This document shows positions 61,416-64,000 of a stretch of 64,000 nt of DNA, one piece after another. Below the pieces are notes generated by a model. That model worked only from the letters and a program-made list of their open reading frames with translations, was not told where the DNA came from and did not search any database. Origin of the DNA: an uncultured Gemmatimonadales bacterium (lineage in GTDB: Bacteria > Gemmatimonadota > Gemmatimonadetes > Longimicrobiales > Longimicrobiaceae); the NCBI GenBank assembly GCA_963716255.1, contig OY970303.1, positions 8,032,001 through 8,096,000 of the forward strand, written 5' to 3'. Numbering within the stretch: position 1 is the stretch's first letter; every line of letters starts with the position of its first letter. A program made the translations under genes and the position numbers.

Positions 61416-62362
61416 GCGCGGACGAGAGGGTCGGGCTGCTCTTCCCCGGGCAGGGGTCGCAGTCCGTGGGGATGGGCCGGGAGCTGGCGGAGCGCCACCC
61501 CGAGGCCCGCGAAGCCTTCCAGGAGGCCGACGACGCGCTGGGCTTCGCGCTGTCGCGGCTGTGCTGGGAGGGTCCGGAAGACGAGCTGACGCTGACCGTC
61601 AACGCGCAGCCCGCGCTGCTGGTGCACAGCTACGCCGCCTGGCGCGTGCTGCGCGCGGCCGGGGTGGAGCCCACGGTGGCCGCCGGGCACTCGCTGGGCG
61701 AGCTCAGCGCCTACCTGGCCGCCGGCAGCATGGGCTTCGCGGACGCGGTGCGCGCCGTGCGCCGCCGCGGCGAGCTGATGCTCCAGGCCGGGCAGGCGCG
61801 CCCCGGGACCATGGCCGCCGTCCTCGGCCTGGACGACGAGGTGGTGGAGGGCGTCTGCCACGAGGCGAGCACCGCCGGCAGCGTGGTGGTGGCCGCCAAC
61901 TTCAACACCCCCGGGCAGGTCGTCGTCTCCGGCGACGTGGACGCGGTCGGGCGCGCCAGCGCGCTCCTGGTCTCCGCCGGCGCCAAGAAGGTCAGCGCCC
62001 TCAACGTGTCCGGCGCCTTCCACTCGCCGCTCATGGCCCCCGCCGAGGAAGGGCTCCGCGCCCACCTGGACGGGGTGGAGTTCGCCGCGCCCGCCTTTCC
62101 CGTCGTTTCCAACGTCACCGCCAGCCCGGTCACCGACGCGGCCGAGGCGAAGCTGCTGCTGGTGCAGCAGCTCACCTCCACCGTGCGCTGGACGGACTCG
62201 GTGCGCACCATGCTCCAGCTGGGCGTGACGCGCTTCCTGGAGGTGGGGCCGGGCAAGGTGCTCACGGGGATGCTCAAGCGCATCGACCGGGCGGCGGAGG
62301 GGCGCGGCGTCGCGCTGGGAACTCCCGAGGCGATCGAGACCTTCCTTCAGCAGAGGGGATGA
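61412..62362 (+). CDS. fabD: Malonyl-CoA:ACP transacylase
   Basis: FPGQGSQ, GHSLGE, SGAFHS, EVGPG. Confidence 0.96.
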   Translation: MSADERVGLLFPGQGSQSVGMGRELAERHPEAREAFQEADDALGFALSRLCWEGPEDELTLTVNAQPALLVHSYAAWRVLRAAGVEPTVAAGHSLGELSAYLAAGSMGFADAVRAVRRRGELMLQAGQARPGTMAAVLGLDDEVVEGVCHEASTAGSVVVAANFNTPGQVVVSGDVDAVGRASALLVSAGAKKVSALNVSGAFHSPLMAPAEEGLRAHLDGVEFAAPAFPVVSNVTASPVTDAAEAKLLLVQQLTSTVRWTDSVRTMLQLGVTRFLEVGPGKVLTGMLKRIDRAAEGRGVALGTPEAIETFLQQRG

Positions 62363-63096
62363 TGGAGCTACAGGGACAGGTGGCGCTGGTGACGGGCGGC
62401 TCGCGTGGAATCGGTCTTGCGGTCGCCACGGAGCTCGCCTCGGCGGGAGCGCGCGTGGCGGTGGTGGCGCGCGACGAGGCACGGGCGCAGGCCGCCGCGG
62501 CGGGGCTGCCGGGCGAGGGGCACCGCGGGTACGCCGTGGACGTGGCGGAATCCGAGGCGGTCAACGCCCTGGTGAAGCGCGTGGAGGAGGAGATGGGGAG
62601 CCTGGACGTCCTAGTGAACAACGCCGGCGTAACCCGCGACAACGTCCTCATGCGCATCAAGGACGAGGACTGGGACGCGGTGGTGGACACCAACCTGAGG
62701 GGCGCCTTCAACACCATCCGCGCCGCGTCGCGCGGGATGATGAAGCGCCGTGCCGGCCGCGTGATCAACATCAGCAGCGTGGTGGGGATCACCGGCAACA
62801 AGGGGCAGGCGAACTACGCGGCCTCCAAGGCGGGGCTGATCGGGCTGACCAAGTCGGTGGCGAAGGAGCTCGCTTCGCGCGGGGTCCTTGTCAACGCGGT
62901 CGCGCCGGGATATATCGAGACCGACATGACGTCGGACCTCCCCGAGGCCGCCCGCGAGGCGCTCTCGTCGCAGATCGCGCTGGGCCGGCTGGGGAGGCCG
63001 GAGGACATCGCGCCGGTGGTCCGCTTCCTCGCGGGGCCGGGCGCCGCGTACATGACCGGGCAGGTGCTGGTCGTGGACGGCGGGATGGTGATGTAA
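62359..63096 (+). CDS. fabG: 3-oxoacyl-ACP reductase
   Basis: TGGSRGIG, NNAG, YAASK. Confidence 0.96.
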   Translation: MMELQGQVALVTGGSRGIGLAVATELASAGARVAVVARDEARAQAAAAGLPGEGHRGYAVDVAESEAVNALVKRVEEEMGSLDVLVNNAGVTRDNVLMRIKDEDWDAVVDTNLRGAFNTIRAASRGMMKRRAGRVINISSVVGITGNKGQANYAASKAGLIGLTKSVAKELASRGVLVNAVAPGYIETDMTSDLPEAAREALSSQIALGRLGRPEDIAPVVRFLAGPGAAYMTGQVLVVDGGMVM

Positions 63097-63174
63097 GGGA
63101 GGACAGGAGCGGGGAGGAGGCGGCGCCCCGACGATGCGGGAAGGCTTCACGGCAACTATCCAAGGAGAACAGCG

Positions 63175-63411
63175 ATGGCCGACATCGAGCAGAAGGTCAA
63201 GGACATCATCATCAACGAGCTGGGCGTGGACGCGGAGAAGGTCACGCCCGAGGCTTCCTTCGTGGAGGACCTGGGCGCCGACTCGCTGGACACGGTCGAG
63301 CTGGTGATGGCGTTCGAGGAGGAGTTCGGGATGGAGATCCCCGACGAGGACGCGGAGAAGCTCCAGACCGTCGGCGACGCCATCACCTATATCCAGAACC
63401 ACCAGTCGTAG
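63175..63411 (+). CDS. acpP: Acyl carrier protein
   Basis: [14 protein letters not shown]. Confidence 0.98.
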   Translation: MADIEQKVKDIIINELGVDAEKVTPEASFVEDLGADSLDTVELVMAFEEEFGMEIPDEDAEKLQTVGDAITYIQNHQS

Positions 63412-63560
63412 TCGGTCAGCGGCTCGATAAACACCGCAGCTCTGCGTTGGGCTCCGGGCGGCTCCCTGCGACGTACATGAAGTACGTCCCGGTCGCCGTC
63501 CTCGCCCGCCTTGATCTGCGGCGTTTCTCTTCGCCGTGGCATTCTCGTTTGAAAAAAGAA

Positions 63561-63592
63561 CTGCTGAACGGACCTGACGGTCCGTTCAGCAG
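63561..63592. promoter_or_regulatory. Perfect 14-bp inverted repeat upstream of fabF (terminator or operator)
   Basis: CTGCTGAACGGACC-tgac-GGTCCGTTCAGCAG flanked by A and T tracts. Confidence 0.55.
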
Positions 63593-63625
63593 AATGCTTT
63601 TTACCAGTATACGGAGACGGGGCTG

Positions 63626-64000
63626 ATGAATCGCCGTGTCGTGATCACCGGGACGGGACTGGTGTCGCCCGTCGGGCTGGACGTCCAGTCGAGCTGGGCG
63701 GCCCTGCTGGAGGGGCGCAGCGGCGCCGGCCCCATCACCCACTTCGACCCGTCCGATTACCCCGTGCGCTTCGCGTGCGAGGTCAAGGACTTCGATCCCG
63801 GGCTGTACATCGACCGCAAGGAGGTCAAGCGTACCGACCGCTTCACCCAGTTCGCCATCGCCGCGGCGGTGCAGGCGGTGCGCGAGGCGGGGCTGGAGGA
63901 CGGGCTCGGCGGCGTGGACCCGGAGCGCGTGGGGGTGATCATCGGGAGCGGCATCGGCGGGATGGACACCTTCGAGGAGCAGACGCAGCGGCTCCTGGAG
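63626..64000 (+). CDS. fabF: 3-oxoacyl-ACP synthase II, 3'-truncated by the window
   Basis: MNRRVVITGTG, GRSG, DRFTQFA, GSGIGG. Confidence 0.93.
   Translation, partial: MNRRVVITGTGLVSPVGLDVQSSWAALLEGRSGAGPITHFDPSDYPVRFACEVKDFDPGLYIDRKEVKRTDRFTQFAIAAAVQAVREAGLEDGLGGVDPERVGVIIGSGIGGMDTFEEQTQRLLE

Overview
Very GC-rich bacterial DNA, almost all genes on the + strand. The gene content and order suggest a Gemmatimonadota-type organism, which is inference only. The two flanks are housekeeping. The left flank (0-21 kb) has the rib operon, nusB, hprK plus a complete mannose-family PTS, metK, recO, dusB, larB, a GGDEF protein and tmRNA. The right flank (49-64 kb) has a heptose kinase, RidA, PMM/PGM, carbamate kinase, sucCD, ndk and the yceD-rpmF-plsX-fabHDG-acpP-fabF cluster. 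The accessory block between them (21.5-49.1 kb) holds most of the interest. First, an uncharacterised 7-gene biosynthetic cluster: class I HMG-CoA-reductase-like, UbiA-like, PEP-synthase/Rph-like dikinase, BtaA/DUF3419, polyprenol-kinase-like, GNAT-like and acyl-CoA ligase. Second, an AT-richer islet where a TPR-like protein converges on an 81-aa lipoprotein-like precursor carrying two copies of SGPTIGTG, a candidate peptide-signalling pair. Third, a receiver/Hpt/GGDEF-HEAT-GT2 operon and a PIN toxin-antitoxin pair. Eight dispersed copies of a ~130-nt structured element show a strongly covarying 7-bp stem. ribD is split by a -1 frameshift in a C7 run. All calls come from reading motifs by eye; no searches were run.
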